DNA of 64,000 nt from the NCBI GenBank assembly GCA_016211945.1, contig JACRHV010000004.1, forward strand, positions 66,649-130,648, in the 5' to 3' direction. Every line of letters begins with the position of its first letter. The first letter of the stretch is position 1. This DNA comes from Minisyncoccota bacterium (lineage in GTDB: Bacteria; Patescibacteriota; Microgenomatia; UBA1400; UBA12028). The notes beneath the pieces are model-generated. The model worked only from the letters and a program-made list of their open reading frames with translations. It searched no databases and was not told the DNA's origin. A program made the position numbers and the translations under genes. Shown in pieces: positions 18,156 to 28,002 of the stretch.

Positions 18156-18785
18156 TTATTTTTTGCCGCGAATAAAAAGCCAGTGATACCATTCTATCTT
18201 GTGCCAATCCATATTCCCTTGAACATCCTCTGCCTTCCAATTGAGCAGTGGTTTCCCCAAAATTTCTGGAGTTGGATTACAGTTTCTACAATCTTTAAAC
18301 CTCGCTTCCTTAAACCAGCGTTTTGCATCCTGATATGTCCATAACCAATGATGTACATCATACTCATTTTCATGTCCACCGACTGCCCATCGTTGGAGCC
18401 AATAGTTGCTTACTCGTTTTAGAGAAGAAGATGTACATATTTTTTCAAAGTCAGGAGTGACAATGAAAAATGTACCACCTGGCTTTAATATTCGATATAC
18501 CTCCTTTACAACTTCTACTGTTGTTCCATATCGTTTCTGCATTGATTTACTGCTATATTCTGGATGACAAAAGTGTTCCATGATGTGTACAGCACGTACT
18601 TCCTTCCTTACAAAATTATCTGGAATTGGTGTTTTCCGTACATCGGAAAGAATATCTAAATCGGGTAAATTTGGAAGAATATCAAGATGAACATATCCAG
18701 ATTCAGGATTGTTACCAGATCCGATTTCGAGTTTCTCAATACCATTGGGAAAAGATTGTAATACCTGATTTTTTTTCGTTAACAT
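18156..18785 (-). CDS. Class I SAM-dependent methyltransferase (type 11-like)
   Basis: KLEIGSG, HLDI, HIMEH, EVYRILKPGG..VTPD. Confidence 0.85.
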   Translation of the reverse strand: MLTKKNQVLQSFPNGIEKLEIGSGNNPESGYVHLDILPNLPDLDILSDVRKTPIPDNFVRKEVRAVHIMEHFCHPEYSSKSMQKRYGTTVEVVKEVYRILKPGGTFFIVTPDFEKICTSSSLKRVSNYWLQRWAVGGHENEYDVHHWLWTYQDAKRWFKEARFKDCRNCNPTPEILGKPLLNWKAEDVQGNMDWHKIEWYHWLFIRGKK

Positions 18786-18875
18786 GTGCGTACCTCTGTA
18801 TTTATACTACGACATATTCGTGTAAAATAAAATCAACTGTCTTCGAATGAGATTAAAAAGTAAAGAGAAAATTCT

Positions 18876-19844
18876 ATGACAATACTCGTTACGGGTGCTG
18901 CTGGTTTTATCGGTTTTCACACATGTTCTCGTCTTTTAAGCGAGAATATTTCGGTGATTGGCATAGATAGTTTTGATCCATATTACTCACTCGCAATAAA
19001 ACATGCCCACATAGACGCATTAAAAAAGTCATCTCTTTTTTCTTTTTACTTATGCGATATACGTTCAAAAGAATTTTCATCACTCATACGCCAAACCAAA
19101 CCAGATATTATTATACATTTAGCTGCAAAGGCTGGCGTGCGAAACAGTTTTCTCTATCCATTTGAATACTTTGATGTAAATGTACACGGAACAATGCTTG
19201 TGTTGCAGGCAGCAAAAACAGCAAGTATTCCCAGAGTACTCATCGCTTCAAGTTCTTCAGTATATGGAACAAATAAAAAAATTCCGTTTCACGAAAACGA
19301 TGTTGTTGAACATCAAGTTTCCCCGTATGCAGCAAGCAAACGTGCAATGGAAATAGTAACAAAATCATTTGCCAAATCAACAGGAATTCATGTTCAGCTT
19401 TTCCGTTTTTTTACTGTCTATGGTCCATCTGGCCGTCCTGATATGGCTCCATACCTTTTTACAAAAGCTATTGATGCTGAACAACCTCTCACCATCTTTG
19501 GTGATATGACAACAAAACGAGATTACACATATATTGATGATATTACTGAAGGCTTACTATCGGCAACTAAACGTGATGATGTATTTGAAATCTATAATTT
19601 GGGGAATAACAAGCCCGTTACATTGAAAACGTTCATACATACCATTGAAAAAGTTGTTGGGAAAAAAGCTAAATTACATAGAGTTCCCAAACAAAAAGGC
19701 GATGTACCATATACTTGGGCTGATATTTCAAAAGCACAGAAATTTTTAAGGTTTTCTCCTCAAACAAGTTTATTCAATGGTCTTACAAAGTTTTATTCAT
19801 GGTATAAAACAAACTCACATTTTTATACAACACAACTAGATTAA
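18876..19844 (+). CDS. NAD-dependent nucleotide-sugar epimerase (UDP-glucuronate/GlcNAcA 4-epimerase-like)
   Basis: GAAGFIGFH, HLAAKAGVR, SSSSVYG, SPYAASK, RFFTVYGPSGRPDMA, RDYTYIDD. Confidence 0.9.
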   Translation: MTILVTGAAGFIGFHTCSRLLSENISVIGIDSFDPYYSLAIKHAHIDALKKSSLFSFYLCDIRSKEFSSLIRQTKPDIIIHLAAKAGVRNSFLYPFEYFDVNVHGTMLVLQAAKTASIPRVLIASSSSVYGTNKKIPFHENDVVEHQVSPYAASKRAMEIVTKSFAKSTGIHVQLFRFFTVYGPSGRPDMAPYLFTKAIDAEQPLTIFGDMTTKRDYTYIDDITEGLLSATKRDDVFEIYNLGNNKPVTLKTFIHTIEKVVGKKAKLHRVPKQKGDVPYTWADISKAQKFLRFSPQTSLFNGLTKFYSWYKTNSHFYTTQLD

Positions 19845-19856
19845 GGAAACACGTAT

Positions 19857-21701
19857 ATGTGTGGAATTGCAGGAAAAATCATTATTGGAGATACACCAAA
19901 AAAAGAAGACATTAGTCAAATGCTTGAGACTATTGCACATCGTGGTCCTGATGATATAGGAATATCAATAGTAGGGCCAGCAGGATTAGGGCACCGCCGA
20001 CTTGCAATTATCGATCTCTCACCCAAGGGACACCAACCAATGTCATATGCAAACGGAAGATACAACATTACATTTAATGGTGAAATATACAATTATCAAT
20101 CACTTCGAAATCTTCTTTCCCAAAAAGGATATACATTTACTTCAACGTCTGATACTGAAGTAATTCTCGCAATGTATCAGGAATTTGGTATGAAATGTCT
20201 TCACTATTTTAATGGCATGTTCGCATTTGCCCTCTATGATAAAAAAGAGAATACACTTTTTGCAGCACGCGATAGACTCGGAGAAAAGCCTTTCAAATAT
20301 TTTTTCGATGGAAAAACATTTATTTTTGCTTCTGAATTAAAGGCAATTCTTACACAAACAGAAGTTTCATGTAAACACGACATACAAGCAATTAAAGAAT
20401 ATCTTTATTGGGGATTTGTTCCTTCACCTAAGACGGGATATAAAGATATTAATAAGCTTCCCGCGGCACATTATTTATTGTTCAAAAATGGAAAAGTGAT
20501 TACAAAAAGATATTGGGACTTCTCAAACACTATAAATACATTCCGAACAGAAAAAGAGACAAAAGAAACACTACGTGAACTTTTATATGAAAGCGTTCGA
20601 CTTCGAATGATCTCAGATGTTCCAATTGGTTCTTTTCTCTCTGGAGGAATCGATTCGTGTGTTGTGACGGGAATCATGAGTGAATTATCAAAAAAACAAG
20701 TTCGCACTTACACAATTGGAATCGAAGGATGGAGTAGTGATGAAGCTTCCTTAGCTAAAATTAGTGCAAAATATCACAATACAAAACATAAACTTTTATA
20801 TGTAAAACCGAACATTTCAAAACTTATACCACTTCTTGCTAAAGCATACGAAGAACCATTCGGTGATTCGTCAGCTATACCAAGTTATTATGTAAGTCAA
20901 GCAACGCGAAAACACGTAACTGTCGCATTAAATGGCGATGGAGGAGATGAAAACTTTTGTGGATATAGCAACTATACAACACTTATTACACAAGATAAAT
21001 TACAATACACAAAACCAATCGCTACACTTGCTTACGCAATACTTTCCCCATTTAAGGCAAGTTTATGGAAATATGGAGCATATCAACGGGCATTACGCAT
21101 TTCTGATCTATTAAAAGATGATGTACTCACAGGATATGCAAGGCACGCACGATCATATCTTAACCTCATATCATTCTCTGATCTTTTTCATGAATCTGCA
21201 CCAACTGAAATCAACCTTTTTACACAATACCTTCCAAAAGAGAAAAAAGACCTTATATCCTCTGTGACATGGGCAGATTTGCATAATGTACTACCAGATG
21301 GTTTGATGCCCAAAATGGATATTGCCTCTATGCAGCACTCATTAGAAACTCGCGCACCCTTGCTCGATCATCAATTAGTTGAATTTGCTGCAACTATACC
21401 AACAGAGCTAAAATACAAAAATGGTCAAACAAAGTGGATATTTAAAGAAACATTCAAAAAACTTATTCCATTAGAAATATTAAAAAGCCCTAAGCGAGGA
21501 TTCGTCATGCCTATGGGTGATTGGTTAAGGCATGAACTTCGACCCCTCCTTGAGATCTCATTACAAGATCCAAAACATCAAATCTATTCCATTCTTCGCT
21601 ATGATACCGTACAAAAAATGATGAAATATCATATGGAAATTCAGATTGATTACACTCCATACCTTTGGAGGATACTTATGCTCTCACTTTGGATGAACTA
21701 A
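19857..21701 (+). CDS. asnB: Asparagine-synthase-family glutamine amidotransferase (WbpS-like sugar amidation by context)
   Basis: MCGI N-terminus, HRGPD, LGHRRLAIIDLS, FNGEIYNY, LSGGIDS, GDGGDE, SLETRAPLLD. Confidence 0.93.
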   Translation: MCGIAGKIIIGDTPKKEDISQMLETIAHRGPDDIGISIVGPAGLGHRRLAIIDLSPKGHQPMSYANGRYNITFNGEIYNYQSLRNLLSQKGYTFTSTSDTEVILAMYQEFGMKCLHYFNGMFAFALYDKKENTLFAARDRLGEKPFKYFFDGKTFIFASELKAILTQTEVSCKHDIQAIKEYLYWGFVPSPKTGYKDINKLPAAHYLLFKNGKVITKRYWDFSNTINTFRTEKETKETLRELLYESVRLRMISDVPIGSFLSGGIDSCVVTGIMSELSKKQVRTYTIGIEGWSSDEASLAKISAKYHNTKHKLLYVKPNISKLIPLLAKAYEEPFGDSSAIPSYYVSQATRKHVTVALNGDGGDENFCGYSNYTTLITQDKLQYTKPIATLAYAILSPFKASLWKYGAYQRALRISDLLKDDVLTGYARHARSYLNLISFSDLFHESAPTEINLFTQYLPKEKKDLISSVTWADLHNVLPDGLMPKMDIASMQHSLETRAPLLDHQLVEFAATIPTELKYKNGQTKWIFKETFKKLIPLEILKSPKRGFVMPMGDWLRHELRPLLEISLQDPKHQIYSILRYDTVQKMMKYHMEIQIDYTPYLWRILMLSLWMN

Positions 21702-22545
21702 ATTTCATGTTGGTTCTCTTCAAAATATACACTTCATAACATAAAAAGGCATAGTACAACGCTTGATAAAATGCATATTTCCATAGCGAGAATTTTTCAG
21801 TAGGAAATGAAAGTTTTAGAGATCCTAAAAAGAAGTATATAAAAATAAACGGAGCAATAAGTAAATCATAATGAGCAATCCATTCAATATGTTTTGGTTT
21901 TTGCTTTTTATAATATTGATATCGAGGTATTGCAGAGATAGGAGTAAGCACCTGTTTTGCGTGTAATCGTAGCCAATGCATCCATTTTGTTCGAAAAGCA
22001 CTCAATGTAACATTATTGTATGCAGGCTTATGCTCAAGCTGTAATGGCACATCTAGAGATGTCCCATGTATAGTCCAATCTGGATGCAAAATTGCGAGAA
22101 ATTGTAATGAAGTTTTCTTTACTACTCCAATTCTATGTGGCCATTGATGTGTATAATATTTTTTTCCATCCCAAAATCTCCACAAAAACATATAGCCATC
22201 TGCATTTCCGGAATTTACTAGTTTACGCAAATTTTTTCGAAGTTTATTACTCAGATATTCATCAGCATCTAATATCAAAATCCAATTACCTCGAGCTTTT
22301 TTGAATGTAGTTATTCTGTGCGGTTCTGGATAACCGCATGTTTTACCAATCCATATTTTATTTGTATATTTTCTTGCTATTTTTAGTGTTTTATCTGTAC
22401 AAGGTCCATCATGAACAATAATTATTTCATCAACCACGCCAATTACACTTTTTAAACACCGTCCAATTTGTTCCTGATCATTATGAACAACAAGACAGGC
22501 TGATATACTATTTTTTATAGAAGATTCGAATGTTTTTACAGACAT
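21676..22545 (-). CDS. GT2 glycosyltransferase
   Basis: ISACLVVHN, DEIIIVHDG, WILILDADE. Start set at MSVKTF (22545). Confidence 0.85.
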   Translation of the reverse strand: MSVKTFESSIKNSISACLVVHNDQEQIGRCLKSVIGVVDEIIIVHDGPCTDKTLKIARKYTNKIWIGKTCGYPEPHRITTFKKARGNWILILDADEYLSNKLRKNLRKLVNSGNADGYMFLWRFWDGKKYYTHQWPHRIGVVKKTSLQFLAILHPDWTIHGTSLDVPLQLEHKPAYNNVTLSAFRTKWMHWLRLHAKQVLTPISAIPRYQYYKKQKPKHIEWIAHYDLLIAPFIFIYFFLGSLKLSFPTEKFSLWKYAFYQALYYAFLCYEVYILKRTNMKFSSSKVRA

Positions 22546-23617
22546 ATTCAACCTGACTTTGTGTAATTGTGGCGAACATTGGTAAAGATAAAATTTCACT
22601 TACCGTTAATTCTGCAGAAAAAAATTGATTATTCTTTCCATACAACTTTTCAAATGCTACTGTTTTATGTAGTGGAACTGGATAGTGAATTCCTGTATCA
22701 ATACCTCTATCATGAAGATATTGAATGAGTTCATCTCGATTTTTTACATGAACAACAAAAAGATGATAAACGTGTGAACCATCAAGCTTTGGCACTTGAA
22801 ATTTTACTTCTTTTATACCCCTCAATCCTTTTGCATACCATTGCACAGCTTTGAGTCTCGCTTTATTTTGATACGATAGTAACGGCAATTTTTTACGCAA
22901 AAAAACAGCTTGCATTTCACTTGCACGTAAATTCATGCCTACTATGTCGTGAAAGTACTTAATACGAGATCCATGCCCTCTATACAAACGCATATATTGA
23001 TCAAGAATAGTATTGTCTGTAACAACAGCACCCGCTTCACCGAGTGCACCAAGATTTTTTCCAGGATAAAAACTATAACACGCTACGTCACCTTCAACTT
23101 TAGATTTACCTCCAACAATCGCACCATGTGCCTGACATGCATCTTCAACAATAGCCGATGATGATTTTTTTTTCTTCAATATTTTTTTAATTTCCATAAT
23201 ATTGACTCGTTGACCATACAGATGAACTGGAATAATGGCGACCGTTTTTTTGCTTATTTTCTTTGCTGTATCTTCAAGATCCATAAGAAAAGTCTCTTTA
23301 TTAATATCCACAAAAATAGGTTTTAAACCGCAAAGAACCGCAGCTTCAGCTGTAGCAATAAAAGTATTTACTGGAATAATAACCTCTCCTCCTCTTGGTA
23401 AGTGCAGTGCAGATAAAGCTACAAAAAGCGCGCTCGTCCCATTATTCACAAGCAATGCGTGTTTGGCTCCACAATATGAAGCAAAATCCTGCTCGAAAAG
23501 TTCAGTTTCTTTTCCTGCTACAAATGAGTTTGTACGAATAATTCGTTTAAATTCTGAAATAAATACTTTTTCGAGAGGTTTATGGATACTGTATAAGTCA
23601 ACAAATGGTACCTTCAT
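22508..23617 (-). CDS. DegT/DnrJ/EryC1/StrS PLP aminotransferase (WbpE/FdtB-like, 3-amino sugar)
   Basis: VPFVDL, PVHLYGQ, EDACQAHGA, SFYPGKNLGALGEAG (catalytic Lys present), HYPVPLH. Confidence 0.92.
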   Translation of the reverse strand: MKVPFVDLYSIHKPLEKVFISEFKRIIRTNSFVAGKETELFEQDFASYCGAKHALLVNNGTSALFVALSALHLPRGGEVIIPVNTFIATAEAAVLCGLKPIFVDINKETFLMDLEDTAKKISKKTVAIIPVHLYGQRVNIMEIKKILKKKKSSSAIVEDACQAHGAIVGGKSKVEGDVACYSFYPGKNLGALGEAGAVVTDNTILDQYMRLYRGHGSRIKYFHDIVGMNLRASEMQAVFLRKKLPLLSYQNKARLKAVQWYAKGLRGIKEVKFQVPKLDGSHVYHLFVVHVKNRDELIQYLHDRGIDTGIHYPVPLHKTVAFEKLYGKNNQFFSAELTVSEILSLPMFATITQSQVEYVCKNIRIFYKK

Positions 23618-24075
23618 GTTTTTTCCCTTTTGAGATCTTTTGCAGGATTACCAATGACTGTTGTGTGTGCGCGTACATTCTTTGTCACAACAGCCCCCGC
23701 CCCAATTGTAGCTCCCTCACCTATCTCTATTCCAGGTAAGATTACTGCCCCACTACCAATTGAGGCTCCCTTCCGCACAAAAGTGTGCTCCATAACATAA
23801 TCATTTCCAGATTTTAGTGAGCCATTTGCATTACAGGCATGTGGGTACTTGTCATTTGTAAACATTACTCCGTGACCAATAAATACCTCATCTTCAATTT
23901 GAACACCAGAACAAATAAAAGTATGACTACTGATTTTACATTTCGATCCTATTTTTACCATTGATTGAATTTCAACAAATGCTCCAATCTTCGTCATATC
24001 TCCAATTTCTGCACCATAAACATTCACTGGCTCATATATCTCCACTTTTTCACCCAAGATAGTACCTTTAACCAC
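23614..24075 (-). CDS. LbH N-acetyltransferase (WbpD-like)
   Basis: IGAFVEIQ, CKISSHTFIC, VFIGHGVMFTNDKYP, GASIGSGAVIL. Confidence 0.9.
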   Translation of the reverse strand: MVKGTILGEKVEIYEPVNVYGAEIGDMTKIGAFVEIQSMVKIGSKCKISSHTFICSGVQIEDEVFIGHGVMFTNDKYPHACNANGSLKSGNDYVMEHTFVRKGASIGSGAVILPGIEIGEGATIGAGAVVTKNVRAHTTVIGNPAKDLKREKT

Positions 24076-25066
24076 GCGCCCTCCTCAGCAATTTCTGTGT
24101 TTTAGATAATAGTCGGACAACTCGAAGACCTGCATCTCCATCATTAAGCGCCTCTTTTTTGCCACGGATTGTATCAATACATGCCTGCACAACATTTGTT
24201 AGAGTTTCTGTTTGATCAATCTTTGGTATCACGATATCTCCAGATCGATACTGAGGTTGAAACGGATTCTCTGCCGTCTTGAGTATCGAGACACCTTTAT
24301 CATACACTCTGATTTTTTCACTAGGCTCAGTATCATCGTAACGTATCATTGCTTTTTCGCCCACCAGCATGATTTGACGAACTTTTAATGGAGAAAGCCA
24401 GGACAAAGTAATATTTGCAACAAAACCTTTCGGATATCGAAGGTGAATATGTGCCAATTCCTCCTGTTTTTTTCCAATATGTGTTGATCCTGATACTTGT
24501 ATAGAAATTGGCTGCTTTCCGCCACACAGATAGTCTAAAATGGAAAAGTCATGAGGGGCTAAATCTGTTATTACGTTCGTTTTTAATTGGATGAGCCCCA
24601 TATTGAGTCGCAATGAGTCATAATAATATAACTTTCCTAATTCATCTGAATCTATTAATTCTTTCATCTTTTGTACTGCTGATGAAAATATGAAGGGGTG
24701 GTCTACAAATAATTTTAATTTTTTCTTCCTTGCTAAGGCTACAATTTTCTCTGCTTGTTCCACAGTTTCAGTCATCGGTTTTTCAACAAAAACGTGTTTT
24801 CCTGCTAATAAACATTGCCGAACAATCTCGTAATGAAAAGGTGTTGGCACCGCAACAACGATGACTTGTATTGTTGGGTCCTGGAGTAAATCGATATGAT
24901 TTTTCGTAATTTGAATAGTTGGATATTGTTTTTTCACCTTATCGAGGTTTTTTTGAATAAGATCACAAACCCACACAGTTTCAATTTCAGCGTGTGCATA
25001 AAAATTACGTAGGAGATTTGGTCCCCAATATCCGTAACCAATAAAGCCAATTCTTATCTTATCCAT
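24068..25066 (-). CDS. Gfo/Idh/MocA oxidoreductase (WbpB/GnnA-like sugar 3-dehydrogenase)
   Basis: GYGYWGPNL, HVFVEKP, DLAPHD, SWLSPLKVR. Confidence 0.9.
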   Translation of the reverse strand: MDKIRIGFIGYGYWGPNLLRNFYAHAEIETVWVCDLIQKNLDKVKKQYPTIQITKNHIDLLQDPTIQVIVVAVPTPFHYEIVRQCLLAGKHVFVEKPMTETVEQAEKIVALARKKKLKLFVDHPFIFSSAVQKMKELIDSDELGKLYYYDSLRLNMGLIQLKTNVITDLAPHDFSILDYLCGGKQPISIQVSGSTHIGKKQEELAHIHLRYPKGFVANITLSWLSPLKVRQIMLVGEKAMIRYDDTEPSEKIRVYDKGVSILKTAENPFQPQYRSGDIVIPKIDQTETLTNVVQACIDTIRGKKEALNDGDAGLRVVRLLSKTQKLLRRARG

Positions 25067-26351
25067 TCCATGTCCTATATTCTATATAATCAATAATACG
25101 TTTAAACGTACGAAAAAACATTACGATCCTAGAATCTCTTGATACTTTATGGAATTTAATAAAATTATCATACCATAACGAAAAGGTTTTCAAATCGCTT
25201 TTTTTTACATGAATCCGAGTAAATTTATATGGAAGATTGAGTACCATTTTTATCAATTCCTCAAATTCCCTTACTACTATCCTTGATTCTATTGTTCGTA
25301 ATACTTTAGTTCTAGCATGTGATCCCCATTTTTCCCTTAAAGTTGGCTTTGCCGCTAATAATTCCAGTATTGACGTCCATTCACCATTTGTTTGTGCAAT
25401 ATAGCCATTTTCTTGATGATCGACTTGTTCAATTTGACCATTATCACAATGAGGTGAAGAGTTTGTAATTATAGGTTTTCTCCAAAACATACACTCATTT
25501 ATTGCATTACTGCATCCTTCTCCTATTTTGACTGCATGCCCAACGATATCTACGCATTGGATATATTCCATTAATATTTTGTCATTTTTTGTAGGCATGA
25601 GTACGCGTATAGTTTTCTGTAATTTGGGGAAGATAAATTGTAATATTCCTAAAATAAAACGCCGAGAACGCGGCATTCCTATGATGAGAAATTTTATTCT
25701 AGGGTGATAACGTAACTTAATCAATGAAATAAAAAGTAAGTCTCCCCATTTCACAATATCGTTTCTCCCAAATCTTCCCACAACACAATCTTTTCGAGAA
25801 AAACCTAATGATTTTCGAAGTAAACTTCTCTTATAAAGAGAAATCTGAAATTGATGGAAATATGAGGAATTTACAGGATTTGGAAGGATTGCATATTTAT
25901 GATCGGGAAATTGATGATCTCTAGGACATGATTTTTTGAATTTGATTTCAAACATCATTTTTGTTTGAAAAAGTGTGAGGTCAAATATATAATCCATTTT
26001 TTCGTCATAATACGAAAATACGTTATTTCCGATCAATTTTATTCCAGATTTTTTCAGCTTAGAAAGTAACTCCCATAGCAAAGGGTCAAACTGTCCGTCA
26101 TACCAGGTATATAAAACTGTTACTTTTTGCCTTTTGGCAAATAATGCAATTTGTTCTAGATCAGAAGTGACTATTCTTGGTGTTTTTCTTCTTATAACCT
26201 CGTCAATATTTCGAACAACAGACTCAGACATAACCGCAATTACTACTCTAAATTTTGATCTGTCCAGGTAATCGCAATACGATTTAATTCTTCTTGCTCC
26301 TCCACCAAGATCAAGGTGAGGAAGAAGTAAAAGTATTGTTTGTGTTTTCAT
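25059..26351 (-). CDS. GT4-like glycosyltransferase
   Basis: LDLGGG, VGRFGR..K, GEGCSNAINE (EX7E). Start MKTQT at 26351. Confidence 0.8.
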   Translation of the reverse strand: MKTQTILLLLPHLDLGGGARRIKSYCDYLDRSKFRVVIAVMSESVVRNIDEVIRRKTPRIVTSDLEQIALFAKRQKVTVLYTWYDGQFDPLLWELLSKLKKSGIKLIGNNVFSYYDEKMDYIFDLTLFQTKMMFEIKFKKSCPRDHQFPDHKYAILPNPVNSSYFHQFQISLYKRSLLRKSLGFSRKDCVVGRFGRNDIVKWGDLLFISLIKLRYHPRIKFLIIGMPRSRRFILGILQFIFPKLQKTIRVLMPTKNDKILMEYIQCVDIVGHAVKIGEGCSNAINECMFWRKPIITNSSPHCDNGQIEQVDHQENGYIAQTNGEWTSILELLAAKPTLREKWGSHARTKVLRTIESRIVVREFEELIKMVLNLPYKFTRIHVKKSDLKTFSLWYDNFIKFHKVSRDSRIVMFFRTFKRIIDYIEYRTWNG

Positions 26352-26466
26352 AAGATCTGCGTATGACACTCTTCAATAAGTAGACTAGTAAATTCATACT
26401 GTACACGAATTTATTAACATAAGAAACACTTGATTTATCATACTTAATATCTAATTCTCAGCTCAA

Positions 26467-26501
26467 TGATTTTCCCCGCGGCAGAGCCACGGGGAAAATC
26501 A
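26467..26501. repeat. GC-rich 16-bp inverted repeat (REP / IS200-IS605-end-like hairpin)
   Basis: TGATTTTCCCCGCGGC-AGA-GCCACGGGGAAAATCA; one mismatch (G:U/T on the minus strand); lies in an AT-rich divergent intergenic region. Confidence 0.75.
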
Positions 26502-26547
26502 AGTTATATGAAATAAGCGATAAGTAACAAAAGTGCTATTTGAGATG

Positions 26548-26553
26548 TATAAT
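26548..26553 (+). promoter_or_regulatory. Putative -10 box TATAAT upstream of wzx
   Basis: Consensus hexamer ~50 nt before ATG 26605; AT-rich context lowers specificity. Confidence 0.35.
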
Positions 26554-26604
26554 GTGAACGTATAACACAATATTTATCAAGATATATTTAGTTTTTAAAC
26601 TTAC

Positions 26605-28002
26605 ATGCACAATTCAATACTTAAGAATATATCTTGGCAAACGTTATACCAATTTTTAGCAAGTGGTTTAGGTTTATTATTCAACATTATTTTAGCTAGA
26701 ACAATTTCTCAGTTTGAGTTTGGTACATTCAATTACATCATATCCATCCTTTCAATTTCCACACTTTTTCTTGAACTGGGGATACCCACTTATTTTTGGA
26801 GAAAATGGAGCACCGATATTTCGAAAATAAATCAGGATATAAGTTCATATTTAGTCGGTAGAGTCGGTATTGCTATACCAATTAGTTTTTTTCTTTTCTT
26901 TTATGTTTTTTTCATTGATCGATTTGTAAGCTTAGAATTTTTACTAGCCTACATTTATTTTTTACTTGACATTTTTGTACAACCAACACGACTTTTCTTT
27001 TCATCTCAAAATAAATATCACAAAACATTTATTATCGATGGTTTAGAAAGGTGCATATCATTAGGTTTAGGCATCTTATTGCTCATTTTGCATTATCCTT
27101 TACGAAAAGTATTTTTAGGATTCATATTTGGACGATTGACCTCAATTCTTTTGTGCTATGTTTTAAATAAAAATGTTCGATCATTATCTTTTTCCTTTAA
27201 GGGAATTCGTAATATCATTCATCTTTCCATACCACTCTTTATGATTGGGATATTTTCTACTTTGTATTTCCGCATCGATACACTTATGATTCGGTACCTC
27301 CTCGGTATGCAGGACGTTGCCATATATATGGCCGCATACAGACTCCTAGATGGAGGAGCTCTTATACCTGGAATTCTTACTACTGCAACAATGCCATTAA
27401 TTGTAAAACTCTATCATGACAAGGAAAAAAAGAAATTAACTCTTCTATTTCATAACATGATGATAGTATTGGCAATTCCAGCGCTATATATTGCATCAGT
27501 TTGTTTACTTTTTGCTCCAAATATTATTCCATTAATCTTTGGTCCAGAATTTAATAGTTCTATTCAAATCTTACGAGTACTTGGCTTAAGTTCAGTACTA
27601 TTATTCCTCACATACCCACTTACCCATTTTATGGTCGCAAATAAACAGGAGACTTACTATGTGAAGGTGCTGGTATTACTTACAGTAACCAACATTGTGT
27701 TTAACATTCTACTAATTCCGAAGATTGGCATACTTGGATCGGCATTAGCAACACTTTTGTGTGAACTTTTATCATTAATTTTTTTGTACCATAAAGTTCA
27801 GATTAAAATTCCAATCAAGATATTTTTAAAACTATTTTTCTCCATTTTTATTGCAACACTCATAACACTTATGCTTCCATTTCCATGGTATATCAATATT
27901 TTTTGCTTGGGTATTTTGTATTGTTGTATACTATTAATAGTAAAAATAGTAACTATACAAGAAGTTTTTTTGTACTTACGCGGAATATTAGTCAATGATT
28001 AA
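26605..28002 (+). CDS. wzx: Polysaccharide flippase (MOP/Wzx)
   Basis: ILKNI..LARTI..FG.F, LYFRIDTLMI, IY.AAYRL, NILLIPKIGILGSALAT; about 13 TM. Confidence 0.92.
   Translation: MHNSILKNISWQTLYQFLASGLGLLFNIILARTISQFEFGTFNYIISILSISTLFLELGIPTYFWRKWSTDISKINQDISSYLVGRVGIAIPISFFLFFYVFFIDRFVSLEFLLAYIYFLLDIFVQPTRLFFSSQNKYHKTFIIDGLERCISLGLGILLLILHYPLRKVFLGFIFGRLTSILLCYVLNKNVRSLSFSFKGIRNIIHLSIPLFMIGIFSTLYFRIDTLMIRYLLGMQDVAIYMAAYRLLDGGALIPGILTTATMPLIVKLYHDKEKKKLTLLFHNMMIVLAIPALYIASVCLLFAPNIIPLIFGPEFNSSIQILRVLGLSSVLLFLTYPLTHFMVANKQETYYVKVLVLLTVTNIVFNILLIPKIGILGSALATLLCELLSLIFLYHKVQIKIPIKIFLKLFFSIFIATLITLMLPFPWYINIFCLGILYCCILLIVKIVTIQEVFLYLRGILVND

Noticed and set aside
19857-21701. asnB as an amino-acid biosynthesis gene or lasso-peptide cyclase
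   Set aside because: It has an intact glutaminase domain and sits in a sugar-pathway context; no lasso precursor or B protein is nearby
23160-23180. Poly-A/T tracts (e.g. T9 near 23165, others elsewhere) as phase-variation sites
   Set aside because: Tracts are short, in frame, encode Lys/Phe runs and are common in AT-rich DNA; no frameshift observed
26370-26604. Possible tRNA, ncRNA, CRISPR array or rho-independent terminator in the largest intergenic gap
   Set aside because: Only one hairpin; no cloverleaf or repeat-spacer pattern; the divergent position argues against a terminator
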